Source: an uncultured Bdellovibrionales bacterium (GTDB lineage Bacteria; Bdellovibrionota_C; UBA2361; SZUA-149; CAZDIO01). Taken from it: DNA of 64,000 nt. The DNA lies in the NCBI GenBank assembly GCA_964505555.1, contig CAZDIO010000102.1, forward strand, positions 13,355 through 77,354. The letters are read 5' to 3'. The notes under the pieces are model-generated. The model was not told where the DNA came from. It saw only the letters and a list, made by a program, of their open reading frames with translations, and did no database searches. Shown one piece after another: positions 20,102-30,395 of the stretch. The position numbers and the translations under genes were made by a program. The stretch's first letter is position 1; the number at the start of each line of letters is the position of its first letter.

Positions 20102-21352
20102 TCACAGTAACAAAATTACGTTACCACTAAAGAGCATTACTATAAAAAAAACACTGGGAATCAATGGTGCCCACCTTTCGCAAACACCTACTTTTAAAAG
20201 CAACTGCGAATTCAAAATGATTGCAAAGAGAATAAAGAACGCTCCTAATTGCAACAATAGTCGTCCTTGAATTGCTAACTCCGTAGTGAGCGCAAGGGGA
20301 AGGTATGTCGATACAAGGAGCACTGGAGTAGCAAAAAGAATCAATCGAGAGACACCAGGACAGATAGTCTTCCCGCTTAGTTCCATTCCAAAGACTGCTC
20401 CAAAAAGTGCTAAAATATATGCCATCATCAAGGAGACTAAATACCACTCGGGAAGACTTCCAAGCTGTCGCCATCCACCCCAGGTCGTTCTCCATACGTA
20501 AGGAAGCTCCTTGATACGGCGTTTTGTTAGTTCTTCATTGAAGTATGCTCCAGGAATCTCAAGCGTTCCCTCTCCTTTAAATGTTGAGCGCATCAGCGCT
20601 AAGTGATCTTTACCAGCAAGAATATGTCCATTCCCAAGTTCTTTATATACCCAAAAATGAAACCAACCAGAAAATACGAGGGGAAGAGCAAGAGCAAGAC
20701 CGATGCTTCGCCATTTGAAAGAAAATTTCTCTGATCCTTTTACCATGCGATAAAGAAAAACTCCCAAGAGAAGAACTCCCACAGGAAAAGTGTTGTATTT
20801 TGCATGAGCAATCAGCGAAAGTGCTAATCCAACAAGAACTCCCTCTCGGAGATGGAACTTCGTGGTTTGCACTACACGAAAGAGAACAACTATTCCAAAT
20901 GTCGCGGCACAGATTGAAAATGAATCTGCATTTATGTAACCATGAATATAGCGAAGTTGAGGGATTAAGTTAATGCTTAGCGCTGATAATAACGATACGG
21001 TTTTTGAATAAAATATCTGCTGCGTTAGCGCTAAACAGAGAAAAAATTGAATCAATGCATAGACACAGCCTCCTAGTCGAATTACGGTTCTCTTTGAAGC
21101 GGTATCTACGTGTTTTGATATCCAAGCAAAGGGAAGATAGATCAGATACGGCACAGGAGAAAATAAATGATAGGCATGTCCACGATGTGTTCCGTACTGA
21201 GTATCTTTCCAAGAAGCAAGCCGTAATTGAACAGCATAATGCTCTACCATATGGAGGTGATTCCCCTCATCCGGAGCATCCTTTATACGAAAGGCTAAAA
21301 AGGCCGATATTGAGACTACCAAAAAACACGCCACCAGTATTGAACCCTTCAT
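20102..21352 (-). CDS. Polytopic membrane protein (GT-C/DUF2142-like glycosyl or phospholipid-carrier-dependent transferase candidate)
   Basis: 416 aa, about 11 TM. Conserved-looking N-terminus DEGNHLHMVEHY. Assignment tentative. Confidence 0.35.
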   Translation of the reverse strand: MKGSILVACFLVVSISAFLAFRIKDAPDEGNHLHMVEHYAVQLRLASWKDTQYGTHRGHAYHLFSPVPYLIYLPFAWISKHVDTASKRTVIRLGGCVYALIQFFLCLALTQQIFYSKTVSLLSALSINLIPQLRYIHGYINADSFSICAATFGIVVLFRVVQTTKFHLREGVLVGLALSLIAHAKYNTFPVGVLLLGVFLYRMVKGSEKFSFKWRSIGLALALPLVFSGWFHFWVYKELGNGHILAGKDHLALMRSTFKGEGTLEIPGAYFNEELTKRRIKELPYVWRTTWGGWRQLGSLPEWYLVSLMMAYILALFGAVFGMELSGKTICPGVSRLILFATPVLLVSTYLPLALTTELAIQGRLLLQLGAFFILFAIILNSQLLLKVGVCERWAPLIPSVFFIVMLFSGNVILLL

Positions 21353-22146
21353 AGCATCTCCAAGGAAACTCGGTGAATGACTGCTTTTGTTTTTGTTTCG
21401 CTAGTACTGCGATGAATAAGATCGATTATGACCTCTTTACTTTTTGTTCCTTTCCTTTGTTCTTCATTGAGATCAAAGCGAAAGTCTAATCGAAAGGGGT
21501 TTTCTACTACACGTTTTAAAGTAAATGAGCTTTGCTCGATCGCCCGATTATGACTCTTCACCGCGATCTCAATTACGCTTTCATTTTTCTTATTTCTGAC
21601 AAATGCCTCCACAGAAAAACGATACGACCCCTCTGTAAGAACGTAATGAAATTGTCGATGCTCATTCACATTCAGCATCGTACTTTCATAAAGCGGCGAA
21701 TAGAGAAACGGTCGGCTATATTCGATAGGAATCTCCTCTCCAGAACGAAGAGGAGTAAGCGCGGCTTTTTCCAGATCAAAAAAGACAAGATGCCAGTTTT
21801 TAAAAGTACTCGTATGAGACGAAACGTCAGGGAATTGTTGTAAAACATCTTCTCTCATTATCGCTGCAGGGACTTGATGAACTGAGAAAAATTGTAGGGA
21901 GAGCCTCTCCTCATGATACAAGACCGGAGTAATTTTCTGATTGAGAAACGATGAGACCTGATCTCTCATTTCAAATGGTATTCCTACCCGAGCGGGTTCC
22001 TTCAAGGATACTTTGGATAAAAGGTTTTTGGTAATCTGCTGGTAGATATGTTTGTTCCATGCATGAGACCCAACAACACTCAAGGCAATGGCAAAAACAA
22101 AAAGAATGAAGAGATCAATTAAATAGAGATAACCCGTTTTGCTCAT
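21349..22146 (-). CDS. Hypothetical protein with N-terminal TM anchor
   Basis: 265 aa, single N-terminal TM. 4-nt overlaps to both neighbours indicate an operon. Confidence 0.4.
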   Translation of the reverse strand: MSKTGYLYLIDLFILFVFAIALSVVGSHAWNKHIYQQITKNLLSKVSLKEPARVGIPFEMRDQVSSFLNQKITPVLYHEERLSLQFFSVHQVPAAIMREDVLQQFPDVSSHTSTFKNWHLVFFDLEKAALTPLRSGEEIPIEYSRPFLYSPLYESTMLNVNEHRQFHYVLTEGSYRFSVEAFVRNKKNESVIEIAVKSHNRAIEQSSFTLKRVVENPFRLDFRFDLNEEQRKGTKSKEVIIDLIHRSTSETKTKAVIHRVSLEML

Positions 22147-22152
22147 AAGATT

Positions 22153-24027
22153 CTACGGAACCCCAGCGAAAAGTGCTGGGTCAAACCCCTTTGCTGTAAG
22201 GTGCCCGAGTAAGAATCCTCTCATTTCTTCTCCTGAAGGGATTTCTTTTTTGGGACATGAAGCAGTGTGTCCTTTGATGTGCTTAGTAACAAAGCGTTTT
22301 TTTCTAAAATCGAGTTGAAATATCTGATCACAAACCACACTACCAATCGAGCCGATACTCTGTATCGGGGAAAGTGAGGGGAACTTCTCAAATCCTCTAT
22401 TGCCCCGCCTGTGAAATGCACTATTTGAAGCAACACTAATGATTGGGCGTTGTTTCCCTTCTCCATTTTTGAGTAACGACTCTCCTTCCATCCAGTGGGG
22501 CTTTTCAATACCAAGATAGTCCAAGATAGTCGGCGCAATATCTAAGTTCTGAACATTCCGGGTTATTCTTCCCTGATATGTTTTTTTCGGGAACCGGACG
22601 AGTAAGGGAAGTCTTTCATCTGTTTTAAAACCCTTTCCATGATCGGTATGCACAATAAGTAAGGTATCTTCTAAAAGATCTTCTTTTATTAGCAACGAAA
22701 CCATCTGCTCTAGATAGTGATCAAAATCAAGAATGGCGTCATCATAAAAATCTCTCATCCATTCCTTTGTCTGCTCCCTTCCTCCTGAGAACATTTGGGT
22801 GGTTGGAAGATACTTTGGTCCATGGGTTCCGATAAGATGGAGATGAATAAAAAAGGGGCGCGGCAGACGGGTGATGTTTTTTAAAACTAACTCTATCCTT
22901 TCGGGATCCAGTTGATGAATATAGTTTGCCTGCACGACCTGATCGTACTCGTTAATCATGTTTCGAATTCCGTACGCATGAAACAGCCGATCTTCAAGTC
23001 GGTGATAGATCTGACTTAGAAAATACTCAACAAGTCCAAATCGCTTAAAAAAACTAAATTTTGTCTCACGGATCTGTCGATTATTTGCCTCATCAAATGC
23101 ATCCCTCATTCCCAGATCGTAAGGGTCAGCATAGTGCCTCATACTAATATCGACGTTGTAGTACCCTTGGCGACGAAGAATTCCGGGGAGATGTTCATAC
23201 GCGGCACTTCCTCGCAAAATATCAGGGGGATAGAGAAGCTTTGTCTCAGTAGGAAGTTTCCCAGTAAGAATCGAAGCTAGTGAGCACCCGGTATTAGCGC
23301 AATTGGTAAATGCATTTTCAAAAACGAGACTCTCCTCACCAAGTTTTTGAAGATACTCCGTCGTTTTTCGTTCATACCCATAGAGCGATAAATTCGATGC
23401 ATTTAAACCATCAGAGGAGATAAGCATAATATTTGGAAGTAAATCGTGAGGAGAATTTTTTGGGTGCGAAGTTTCATTCAATGCTATTGAGCCCCCACGA
23501 AAGTTTGAAACACAGAGGATTCCTAAAGAGAGAACGAAGAACGAAAGTGCCACTCTATGCTGAACTTTTAAAGATCGTTCTTCGCCGTCGTTTTTAGCCA
23601 TCGTTCTATAGATTCCAAAAAACAAAACGATAAACAGCCCCCCATAGAGAAATCGCCAAGAACCTGCGGTAGAGATTACCCCGAGATGAAATACTGAATA
23701 AGTGAAATTATCGATTAAAAGAAATATTGAGGAGGTAAGCACCACGGCTGAAAAAATCGTCACCAACGTAACGATTCTTTTTTTCCCAAAAAACACGGCG
23801 AGAGGAAGAGAGAAGACAAGAAGAAACAGTGCTCCAAAAAAAATCCCCACAAGGGGGGAGAGCGAAAGAACAAGGAGCTTTTCACCCCATGAGACAGGGG
23901 AGAGAAACGATGGTTTGGTTACAAAAAATAACCACTCCATCGAGACAAGAAAATAACAACTGAGAATCGCTGGAGAAGTTAACAGAATAATTCGTTTGAC
24001 ATTCACTTCGCAAACTGGCGCACGCAC
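22153..24027 (-). CDS. LTA-synthase/sulfatase-family (alkaline-phosphatase superfamily) membrane protein, phosphoglycerol/phosphoethanolamine-transferase-like
   Basis: 624 aa. Five-TM N-terminal domain followed by a sulfatase-like domain (LISSDGLN..., FTNCANTGCSLASILTG, HLHLIGTHGPKY). Confidence 0.6.
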   Translation of the reverse strand: MRAPVCEVNVKRIILLTSPAILSCYFLVSMEWLFFVTKPSFLSPVSWGEKLLVLSLSPLVGIFFGALFLLVFSLPLAVFFGKKRIVTLVTIFSAVVLTSSIFLLIDNFTYSVFHLGVISTAGSWRFLYGGLFIVLFFGIYRTMAKNDGEERSLKVQHRVALSFFVLSLGILCVSNFRGGSIALNETSHPKNSPHDLLPNIMLISSDGLNASNLSLYGYERKTTEYLQKLGEESLVFENAFTNCANTGCSLASILTGKLPTETKLLYPPDILRGSAAYEHLPGILRRQGYYNVDISMRHYADPYDLGMRDAFDEANNRQIRETKFSFFKRFGLVEYFLSQIYHRLEDRLFHAYGIRNMINEYDQVVQANYIHQLDPERIELVLKNITRLPRPFFIHLHLIGTHGPKYLPTTQMFSGGREQTKEWMRDFYDDAILDFDHYLEQMVSLLIKEDLLEDTLLIVHTDHGKGFKTDERLPLLVRFPKKTYQGRITRNVQNLDIAPTILDYLGIEKPHWMEGESLLKNGEGKQRPIISVASNSAFHRRGNRGFEKFPSLSPIQSIGSIGSVVCDQIFQLDFRKKRFVTKHIKGHTASCPKKEIPSGEEMRGFLLGHLTAKGFDPALFAGVP

Positions 24028-25436
24028 GAATAGAGAATTCTTGTGTTTGACTGAAGCTGTTCTTTCTTTTCAATACGATAATACTTACTCAAACAAGTTT
24101 CAAAATTCTCAATACTATAGTCCCAATAGATGTCCTCTTTATTCTGGAGGAGTCTTTTTACCATTACATCTTCTTTGGTGACAAACTCGATCACGAGATC
24201 TGATTCGAGAGTTGAAAGCCACTGAACAAGCTCATCAAGAGGAATATTTGCAGAGATCACCAGGTGATGAATCAATGCGAGTGCTAAGATGAGTTCCGGT
24301 TTTTCTCGATTGGTGATGCTCTTTCGTTCTAATCCACGCCAACCAAGATTCGGTGAAGGATCAGAGATATCAGAAACTAACGGAAGAATTTTTCTATTCC
24401 CCTCCTCCGCAAGTTGTCGATACAAACGCTCTATCGAGAGATGATCACTATCAAAAGCAACTACGTAGTCCGCGTTCTTTGCAGCAATTCGTGAATACCT
24501 TCCCGTATTGCACCCAAGATCCCACACAAGGTGTCGATGCTTCTGACTTACTACCGTATCAACAAATCGCACCTTTGCTTGATCATCTGCATCGGTATAG
24601 CTTGTCTGCGTAACATAATCTGCCCACACGGAGGTAGATTCCTTCCAAGTCAACGAGGAAACAAGTGCTCGTAACCGTTTTGCGTTTGCCTGAATAAGCT
24701 CGTGATGAAACCCTGCGGCTTTTAATTCGGCTTTTATATTTGTCTTTGTTCCAGAAAGTGCGTTTTTTAATTTATTATGGAGATAGACATGCTTAAAAAC
24801 GCCTCCTTTAAAAAGATCAAAGAAGCCAAGTAAGCGGTTCATCTCTTCAATTTCAATCCCATCGAGTCTCCCTCGGAGCCATCGTTGAAAAGAAACGTTC
24901 TTATACGCCTGAAGAAACAGCGGATAGAGAAACAATTGACAGAACTGTCGGTACCCTGCCCAGGGAGTTCCCGGTTGCCATTTTTCAAAGGAACAAACAT
25001 CAATAAATACTGGGAGGCACCCTTGCCATTGAACATTAAAAGAAGAGGCATCTTTTAATGTCATCTGCTCCTTGAGCGCAGCAATCAAGAGATCAAGCTG
25101 CAAAAGTGCTGCAGCTTTGAGCATGCTAAAGCTCCATTCATACGGATAAGAAAGAAAGGGAATTCGTTCATGTCGTAACACTCCGTGCCATTCTTGGTCG
25201 AAGCGCACTCCCTCAAACGTCGCCTCTTTAGTAGCAACAAGCTGACCGGTGTTAAGAAAGCTCTGAAAGAAATGTGTCTTTTTTAGAAAGAGAAAATCAT
25301 CGTATGCTTTCTTACTCAGCACCCGATAAACTTCCCCATCCCGATAGACAACCCTCCCTTCTCGATCACGAAAGGAGCCCGGCTCATAGATTAATTCTGG
25401 AGCGCTTTCTACGCTTTTCACTCCGAGGACAGACAT
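24003..25436 (-). CDS. Two-domain protein with C-terminal class I SAM methyltransferase domain
   Basis: 477 aa. VWDLGCNTGRYSRIAAKNADYVVAFDSD (motif I). N-terminal ~250 aa unassigned. Confidence 0.5.
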   Translation of the reverse strand: MSVLGVKSVESAPELIYEPGSFRDREGRVVYRDGEVYRVLSKKAYDDFLFLKKTHFFQSFLNTGQLVATKEATFEGVRFDQEWHGVLRHERIPFLSYPYEWSFSMLKAAALLQLDLLIAALKEQMTLKDASSFNVQWQGCLPVFIDVCSFEKWQPGTPWAGYRQFCQLFLYPLFLQAYKNVSFQRWLRGRLDGIEIEEMNRLLGFFDLFKGGVFKHVYLHNKLKNALSGTKTNIKAELKAAGFHHELIQANAKRLRALVSSLTWKESTSVWADYVTQTSYTDADDQAKVRFVDTVVSQKHRHLVWDLGCNTGRYSRIAAKNADYVVAFDSDHLSIERLYRQLAEEGNRKILPLVSDISDPSPNLGWRGLERKSITNREKPELILALALIHHLVISANIPLDELVQWLSTLESDLVIEFVTKEDVMVKRLLQNKEDIYWDYSIENFETCLSKYYRIEKKEQLQSNTRILYSCVRQFAK

Positions 25437-25441
25437 ATAAA

Positions 25442-25705
25442 CTACTTTGAAGCGGCCCGTTTTGGAGTTTGGTTTTCATCCTCAGAAGAGAGTTCCTCAT
25501 TGGAGGCATCCTTACTTCCCTTTGAGTGAAAAAATCCCATAATCCTCCCCCAGAACAATTTAAAAACAACTCCCGCTCCTGCAACACCAGCAAGGATAGC
25601 TTGTAGCAAAATACTTCCCGTTCCTGGATCAAGATAAGCAAACGCTTTGGTGGGATAGAACAGAGGAGAGAAAACAAATAGGGCTATTAAGAACAATACT
25701 CTCAT
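25442..25705 (-). CDS. Small membrane/secreted protein (hypothetical)
   Basis: 87 aa. Signal/TM MRVLFLIALFVFSPLF, Gly-rich TM and acidic C-tail. RBS-like GGAG upstream. Confidence 0.35.
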   Translation of the reverse strand: MRVLFLIALFVFSPLFYPTKAFAYLDPGTGSILLQAILAGVAGAGVVFKLFWGRIMGFFHSKGSKDASNEELSSEDENQTPKRAASK

Positions 25706-25851
25706 AGAAAGCTCCGCAATTTAGTAATTGAACCTAAGCCCTACAAATTTTTAGAAGCATAGTCAAGATATTCGGTCTCCTGCCGCCGATGTATTTGCGA
25801 AGACACTATGGAAACACTGTGGAGCCCCTAAGATTCTTGAAGTTTATACTG

Positions 25852-26904
25852 ATGGAAGCTATAAAAGCCCAAATGAAAGTGGTAATTCAGATCCCCTGCT
25901 TCAATGAAGCAAGCACTCTTCCCCTTGTTTTTAACGACATGCCTCGTTCTATTCCTGGAGTCGATATCCTCGAGTATCAGATCATTGATGATGGCTCTAC
26001 AGATGGAACCGCTGAGGTTGCTCGTAAATTAGGTGTCCATTATGTCGTAAATGTTGGTTCGCCAAATCGTCGATGGCTTGGAAGGGCATTTAAGTTAGGG
26101 ATTGATAATGCACTCAAAAATGGCGCGGACATCGTTGTCAACACTGATGGAGATAACCAGTATCCATCGTTTCTTATCCCAACACTCATCGAACCGATCC
26201 TCAATGGACGCGCTGACATCGTCATCGGAGATAGAGATCCGGGAGCTGTTGAAGAGTTTTCTATGCTCAAACGTTTCTTACAAAGACTCGGAAACCGCAC
26301 TATCCAGTATTTGACAGGAGAGCCTGCGCGAGATGCCGTCAGTGGCTTTCGTGCCTACAGTAGAGAGGCACTTTTAAAACTTCATGTTTTTACAAACTAT
26401 ACCTACACGGTAGACACCTTGATCCAGGCGAGAAAAAAAGGTTTAGAGATCGCCTGGATAAAAGCAAGCCCGAATAGAAAAACGCGAGATTCCCGATTAA
26501 TTACGAGTTTAAGCAGTAAGGTGCGGAAATCTGTGGCAACAATTCTCCGGCTGACTACTGTGTATGAGCCCTTTAAAACATTTTTATTTTTTAGCATCGC
26601 TTTCTTGCTTCCTGGGCTTCTCCTCTTGTCTCGATTTGGGTACTACTATTTCTTTGTGCCATTTGAGGCTAAGGGGCATATCCAATCGGTAGTAGTAGGA
26701 TGTGTGCTCATTGTAATCGCTGTGCAGATGTTTGTACTTGGGATATTAGCGGATCTGCTTGCTGTCAATCGACACTTCGTTGAAGAGCTCTTGACCCGAA
26801 TGCGACGTCTTGAAATTACAATCGAAAAATCTCATAAGTTCCCAGAAGCAAAAGAGCACGGATTAACACAAACCGAGAACGAAAAATTACGCATTAACGC
26901 TTAA
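25852..26904 (+). CDS. Glycosyltransferase family 2 with C-terminal TM helices (DPM/Ppm1-like polyprenyl-phosphate GT)
   Basis: VVIQIPCFNEASTL...IIDDGSTDGT, DGDNQYP and DAVSGFRAY motifs, then 2–3 C-terminal TM. An alternative longer start lies at 25789. Confidence 0.8.
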   Translation: MEAIKAQMKVVIQIPCFNEASTLPLVFNDMPRSIPGVDILEYQIIDDGSTDGTAEVARKLGVHYVVNVGSPNRRWLGRAFKLGIDNALKNGADIVVNTDGDNQYPSFLIPTLIEPILNGRADIVIGDRDPGAVEEFSMLKRFLQRLGNRTIQYLTGEPARDAVSGFRAYSREALLKLHVFTNYTYTVDTLIQARKKGLEIAWIKASPNRKTRDSRLITSLSSKVRKSVATILRLTTVYEPFKTFLFFSIAFLLPGLLLLSRFGYYYFFVPFEAKGHIQSVVVGCVLIVIAVQMFVLGILADLLAVNRHFVEELLTRMRRLEITIEKSHKFPEAKEHGLTQTENEKLRINA

Positions 26905-26923
26905 GGAAAAAAGGAGAGGAAAA

Positions 26924-27412
26924 ATGTTTCGCTCAAAGTTTACAAAGAAGGTGCTGGTAATTCTCATCATCGTTTTTTTATTGAGTGGTTGTAGTAGCAT
27001 GCGCTCAGCAAAGCCAACACGAGAGATGCAGATTGCCGTAGCCCTGGTCGCCTTTGAGTACCTTAATAACGTCATTCAAACCAATATCGGCTATCTTCAA
27101 TCTGCGGTGGTCTGGGATGATTATTCAAAAAATATTGGGGTCTCCAAAGATCAGTACCGTTCTCAGTTAGCATTACTTCGAGACACCTCCACTCCGACAA
27201 CTCACCCCCTGGTGGATCTCGATCTTGTTGAGACAAAAATTCATGGTGACGATGCAGAGGTTCTTGTTCAAAAGCATAAACAACCAGATGCCCCGATAAT
27301 TTCAATCAAGCTTCACTGGTCAGGGGAAGCTTGGTTAGTGGTTGAAGATTCGATTTTTGGAAGAAACGGACTTATCGCAACTCACGCTGCAAAAAACAAA
27401 ACGGTAAGTTAA
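26924..27412 (+). CDS. Lipoprotein (hypothetical)
   Basis: 162 aa. Signal peptide plus lipobox LLSGCSS. Strong RBS AAGGAGAGGA. Confidence 0.5.
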   Translation: MFRSKFTKKVLVILIIVFLLSGCSSMRSAKPTREMQIAVALVAFEYLNNVIQTNIGYLQSAVVWDDYSKNIGVSKDQYRSQLALLRDTSTPTTHPLVDLDLVETKIHGDDAEVLVQKHKQPDAPIISIKLHWSGEAWLVVEDSIFGRNGLIATHAAKNKTVS

Positions 27413-27421
27413 GTATTCCGA

Positions 27422-29185
27422 GTGTCACTTCTTTACCGCGATCTTCGGAGCTTTCTCCAAGCACTTCAAAAAGAAAAGGTGCTTGTGGAGATTCATGCGC
27501 CAGTGGACCCACACTTAGAGCTTGCAGAAATTCATCGCAGAGTTATCGAACAAAACGGACCTGCTCTTTTATTTACTCAGGTAAAAGGAGGTCGTTATCC
27601 GGTTGTTACAAATCTCTTTGGAACAAAAAAACGGGTGGATCTCGCCTTTGGTCAAAACGGTCCTGCTCTTGTTCAGCAAGCCGTAGAGCTCGTATGGGAG
27701 CTTTTTCCCCCAAGCTACTCAGCACTTTGGGAGAAACGAAATCTGCTCAAACAATTCTTCTCTTTGGGCAGCGACTCAATTAAAAATGCTCCTGTCCTTG
27801 AGGTCCATGAAAGCCCGCCAATGTTATCTCAGCTCCCTCTTCTTACCACCTGGGAACAAGATGGTGGACCGTTTATAACACTCCCTCTCGTGTACACTGA
27901 GCACCCAGAGACTGGCATTTCAAATCTCGGCATCTATCGCATGCAGCGCTACGACGATCAAACCACCGGGATGCATATGCAGATCGGAAAAGGCGGGGGA
28001 TTTCATCTTGCCCGTGCAAAAGAGTTAGGGAAAAAACTCCCGGTGAATGTTTTTGTAGGAGGCGCCCCAGCAACAATTCTTGCCGCTATTGCTCCATTAC
28101 CTGAAAATATCCCAGAGATTCTCCTTGCCTCGTTTGTGCTTGGGGAAAAGCTTCGTGTTACAAAAAACCCTGCTGGTTCCCTACCCCTCTTTGCGGATGC
28201 GGAGTTTGCGCTTACAGGTTTTGTTGATCCTTTAGAAACTCTTCCAGAAGGACCATTTGGTGATCACTACGGGTATTATTCGCTCAAGCATGATTTCCCC
28301 GTATTTCGTTGCCAGTCAGTATTTCATCGAAAAGACGCGATCTATCCGGCAACCGTCGTTGGAAAACCACGACAGGAGGATTTTTTTATTGGCGATTACT
28401 TACAGGAACTCCTCGCCCCAATTTTTCCAATCGTCATGCCCACGATAAAAAATATCTGGAGTTACGGCGAAACCGGTTTTCATTCCCTTGCTGCTGCCGT
28501 AATTACAGAACGTTATAAGAGAGAAGCAATGGTCAGCGCTTTTCGAATCCTTGGAGAAGGTCAGTTGTCACTAACAAAGTTTCTCCTTCTTGTTGATCAA
28601 GCACTTGATTTAAAAGATTTCCGCTCTGTCTTTGAGCATGTTCTTGAACGAGCAGATTTTCGCTCCGATCTCTACGTATTTTCTCACACTTCGATGGATA
28701 CTCTTGATTATACCGGTCCAAGACTCAATGAAGGGAGTAAAGGGGTGCTCCTCGGAATTGGAAACCCAATTCGTTCACTCCCTGCTGAGTTTCATGAAAC
28801 ACCACCAAATGATATTGATGCCGTTTTTGTGTTTTGCCGGGGATGTCTTGTCATCAGTGGACCAAGCTACACTGCGGATAAAGATGCTCCCCAACGTCTT
28901 GCAAATCATCCCGCATTTTCAAAGTGGCCAATAATAGTCCTCTGCGATAACGCTGAATTTACTGCAAAAGAAAGTAGCTCATTTCTTTGGAGTACGTTTA
29001 CTCGATTTGAGCCCGCTTCAGATATCTATGCAAAGCAGGTATCTCTTCGAGCTTTACATCCAAGTTTTGAATCTCCGATCGTCATTGATTCGCGAATGAA
29101 GCCAAATTATCCTGAAGAACTTTTTTGTGATCCAAACACAAAAAAACTCGTCGACGATCGCTGGTCGGAATACTTTAAAAGCTAG
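27422..29185 (+). CDS. UbiD-family (prenylated-FMN dependent) decarboxylase-like protein
   Basis: 587 aa. The N-terminal region and the stretch ELGKKLPVNVFVGGAPATILAA are typical of UbiD/3-octaprenyl-4-hydroxybenzoate carboxy-lyase. Longer than canonical UbiD. Confidence 0.7.
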   Translation: MSLLYRDLRSFLQALQKEKVLVEIHAPVDPHLELAEIHRRVIEQNGPALLFTQVKGGRYPVVTNLFGTKKRVDLAFGQNGPALVQQAVELVWELFPPSYSALWEKRNLLKQFFSLGSDSIKNAPVLEVHESPPMLSQLPLLTTWEQDGGPFITLPLVYTEHPETGISNLGIYRMQRYDDQTTGMHMQIGKGGGFHLARAKELGKKLPVNVFVGGAPATILAAIAPLPENIPEILLASFVLGEKLRVTKNPAGSLPLFADAEFALTGFVDPLETLPEGPFGDHYGYYSLKHDFPVFRCQSVFHRKDAIYPATVVGKPRQEDFFIGDYLQELLAPIFPIVMPTIKNIWSYGETGFHSLAAAVITERYKREAMVSAFRILGEGQLSLTKFLLLVDQALDLKDFRSVFEHVLERADFRSDLYVFSHTSMDTLDYTGPRLNEGSKGVLLGIGNPIRSLPAEFHETPPNDIDAVFVFCRGCLVISGPSYTADKDAPQRLANHPAFSKWPIIVLCDNAEFTAKESSSFLWSTFTRFEPASDIYAKQVSLRALHPSFESPIVIDSRMKPNYPEELFCDPNTKKLVDDRWSEYFKS

Positions 29186-29233
29186 AACCATCCTACGGCC
29201 ATTAAATTAAGGATCTGAAAGAAAGATCTATAG

Positions 29234-29307
29234 AACCACAGAGACACAGAGCCGCAGAGAAGATTAATAAAATCCCTTTCCTCTGTGTCTCTGCGCCTCT
29301 GTGGTTT
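29234..29307. repeat. Family B palindromic repeat, copy B1 (arms built from CCACAGAG/ACACAGAG/CCGCAGAG 8-nt units, AT-rich loop)
   Basis: Seen directly: aaccacagagacacagagccgcagagaag...cctctgtgtctctgcgcctctgtggttt. Second copy at 63097-63190. Confidence 0.85.
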
Positions 29308-29350
29308 AATAAAGAATCTTTAACTTAATGGCCGTGAGAATCCTCCTAAC

Positions 29351-29430
29351 GTTAGCTGTAACAAGAACCCCGGTCGTTGCGAGCCGGGAAACCTCCGCTC
29401 GCAACGACAGGGGTTCTTGTTACAGCTAAA
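29351..29430. repeat. Family C palindromic repeat, copy C1 (perfect ~35-bp stem containing the cgttgcgagc/gctcgcaacg core)
   Basis: ttagctgtaacaagaaccccggtcgttgcgagc cgggaaacctcc gctcgcaacgacaggggttcttgttacagctaa. Core shared with 56134-56235 and 59726-59782. Confidence 0.85.
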
Positions 29431-29822
29431 GTGGAATTGCTTTTAGTGTTTAAAATCTTATCGTGAGGACGCGTTGACTAGTGCTAGAACAACTCGAATG
29501 TTTAATTGCCGTGCATCGCGTTTTCCATCTCTGTTGCAGTATGTTCCAGATCTTGATTTAACGATTGGCCAAAGTTTGCAACTCCTGCCAAACAAACAAG
29601 CAACACAGAAGCTGCAAGTAGCAGATACTCAAGTAACGATGCTCCACGCTCGTTTTTTCGAATGTTCAATACCATAACCTCTCCTTTCCGGTGGCTAACC
29701 CCCTTCCAGCCTTATTATGCACGCGAATGCCTAAGGAATTAATCGAGAAATTATGGGAAAATCTTTAGATAAACTTGAAATCTTTGAATTGAGAAAAATA
29801 CTTAACTTACTGAAATAACTAG

Positions 29823-30071
29823 TTAATTACTCCAGTACTGCCCACCCTTTTTAGTAACTCCCCGCCTAAACTGCCAATCTTTCCATGCAAAGGCGAGAAA
29901 AAACATCCCAGATACAATAAACAAACTAGCAACCATAGCCGCAAGAATCCGTGGAAACTCAAGGATCAGTAACCCAAGTGCCACAAAACAAATTCCGAGG
30001 GTGAAAAACATTGAAGTCAGCCCACCCCAAAAATTTGATGCTCTTTGAAAAAACACAACTTGTCGAAACAT
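29823..30071 (-). CDS. Small two-TM membrane protein (hypothetical)
   Basis: 82 aa, two hydrophobic helices. Confidence 0.35.
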   Translation of the reverse strand: MFRQVVFFQRASNFWGGLTSMFFTLGICFVALGLLILEFPRILAAMVASLFIVSGMFFLAFAWKDWQFRRGVTKKGGQYWSN

Positions 30072-30336
30072 CTTTTTATCTCTTACGTAATTAATCTATT
30101 TGAAGTCTGCTATCATCTCGTAAGCACCCCTTGGAAGATAAGGACGTAAGCCAACTTTGGCAAGAGCCGCACCAAGAAAAGCTCTCTTCTGAAGATAGCT
30201 GGGCAAACAGCATTTGATAAAAACTATCGTCAAATACGGTAAATCCGTCGCTACCCCTTCCTGTAGTAGCACTGGGTGTAGATAGAGATACTATCAAAAA
30301 GGGGGGTAAGTGTCATTCCTACCCTTTGGGAATAAC

Positions 30337-30376
30337 AAAGAGGCAGTGGGGTAGCGTTCTACCCTACTGCCTCTTT
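30337..30376. terminator. Strong hairpin (18-bp stem, tetraloop) immediately 3' of the flagellin gene, T-run on + strand
   Basis: aaagaggcagtggggtag cgtt ctaccctactgcctcttt followed by aatagtctttttt. One G·U wobble in the stem. Confidence 0.55.
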
Positions 30377-30395
30377 AATAGTCTTTTTTAATTGT

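Noticed and set aside
29474-29677. 67-aa + strand ORF between the B1/C1 repeats and the small membrane protein
   Set aside because: No RBS and an odd composition. It lies in a convergent intergenic spacer and is probably non-coding.
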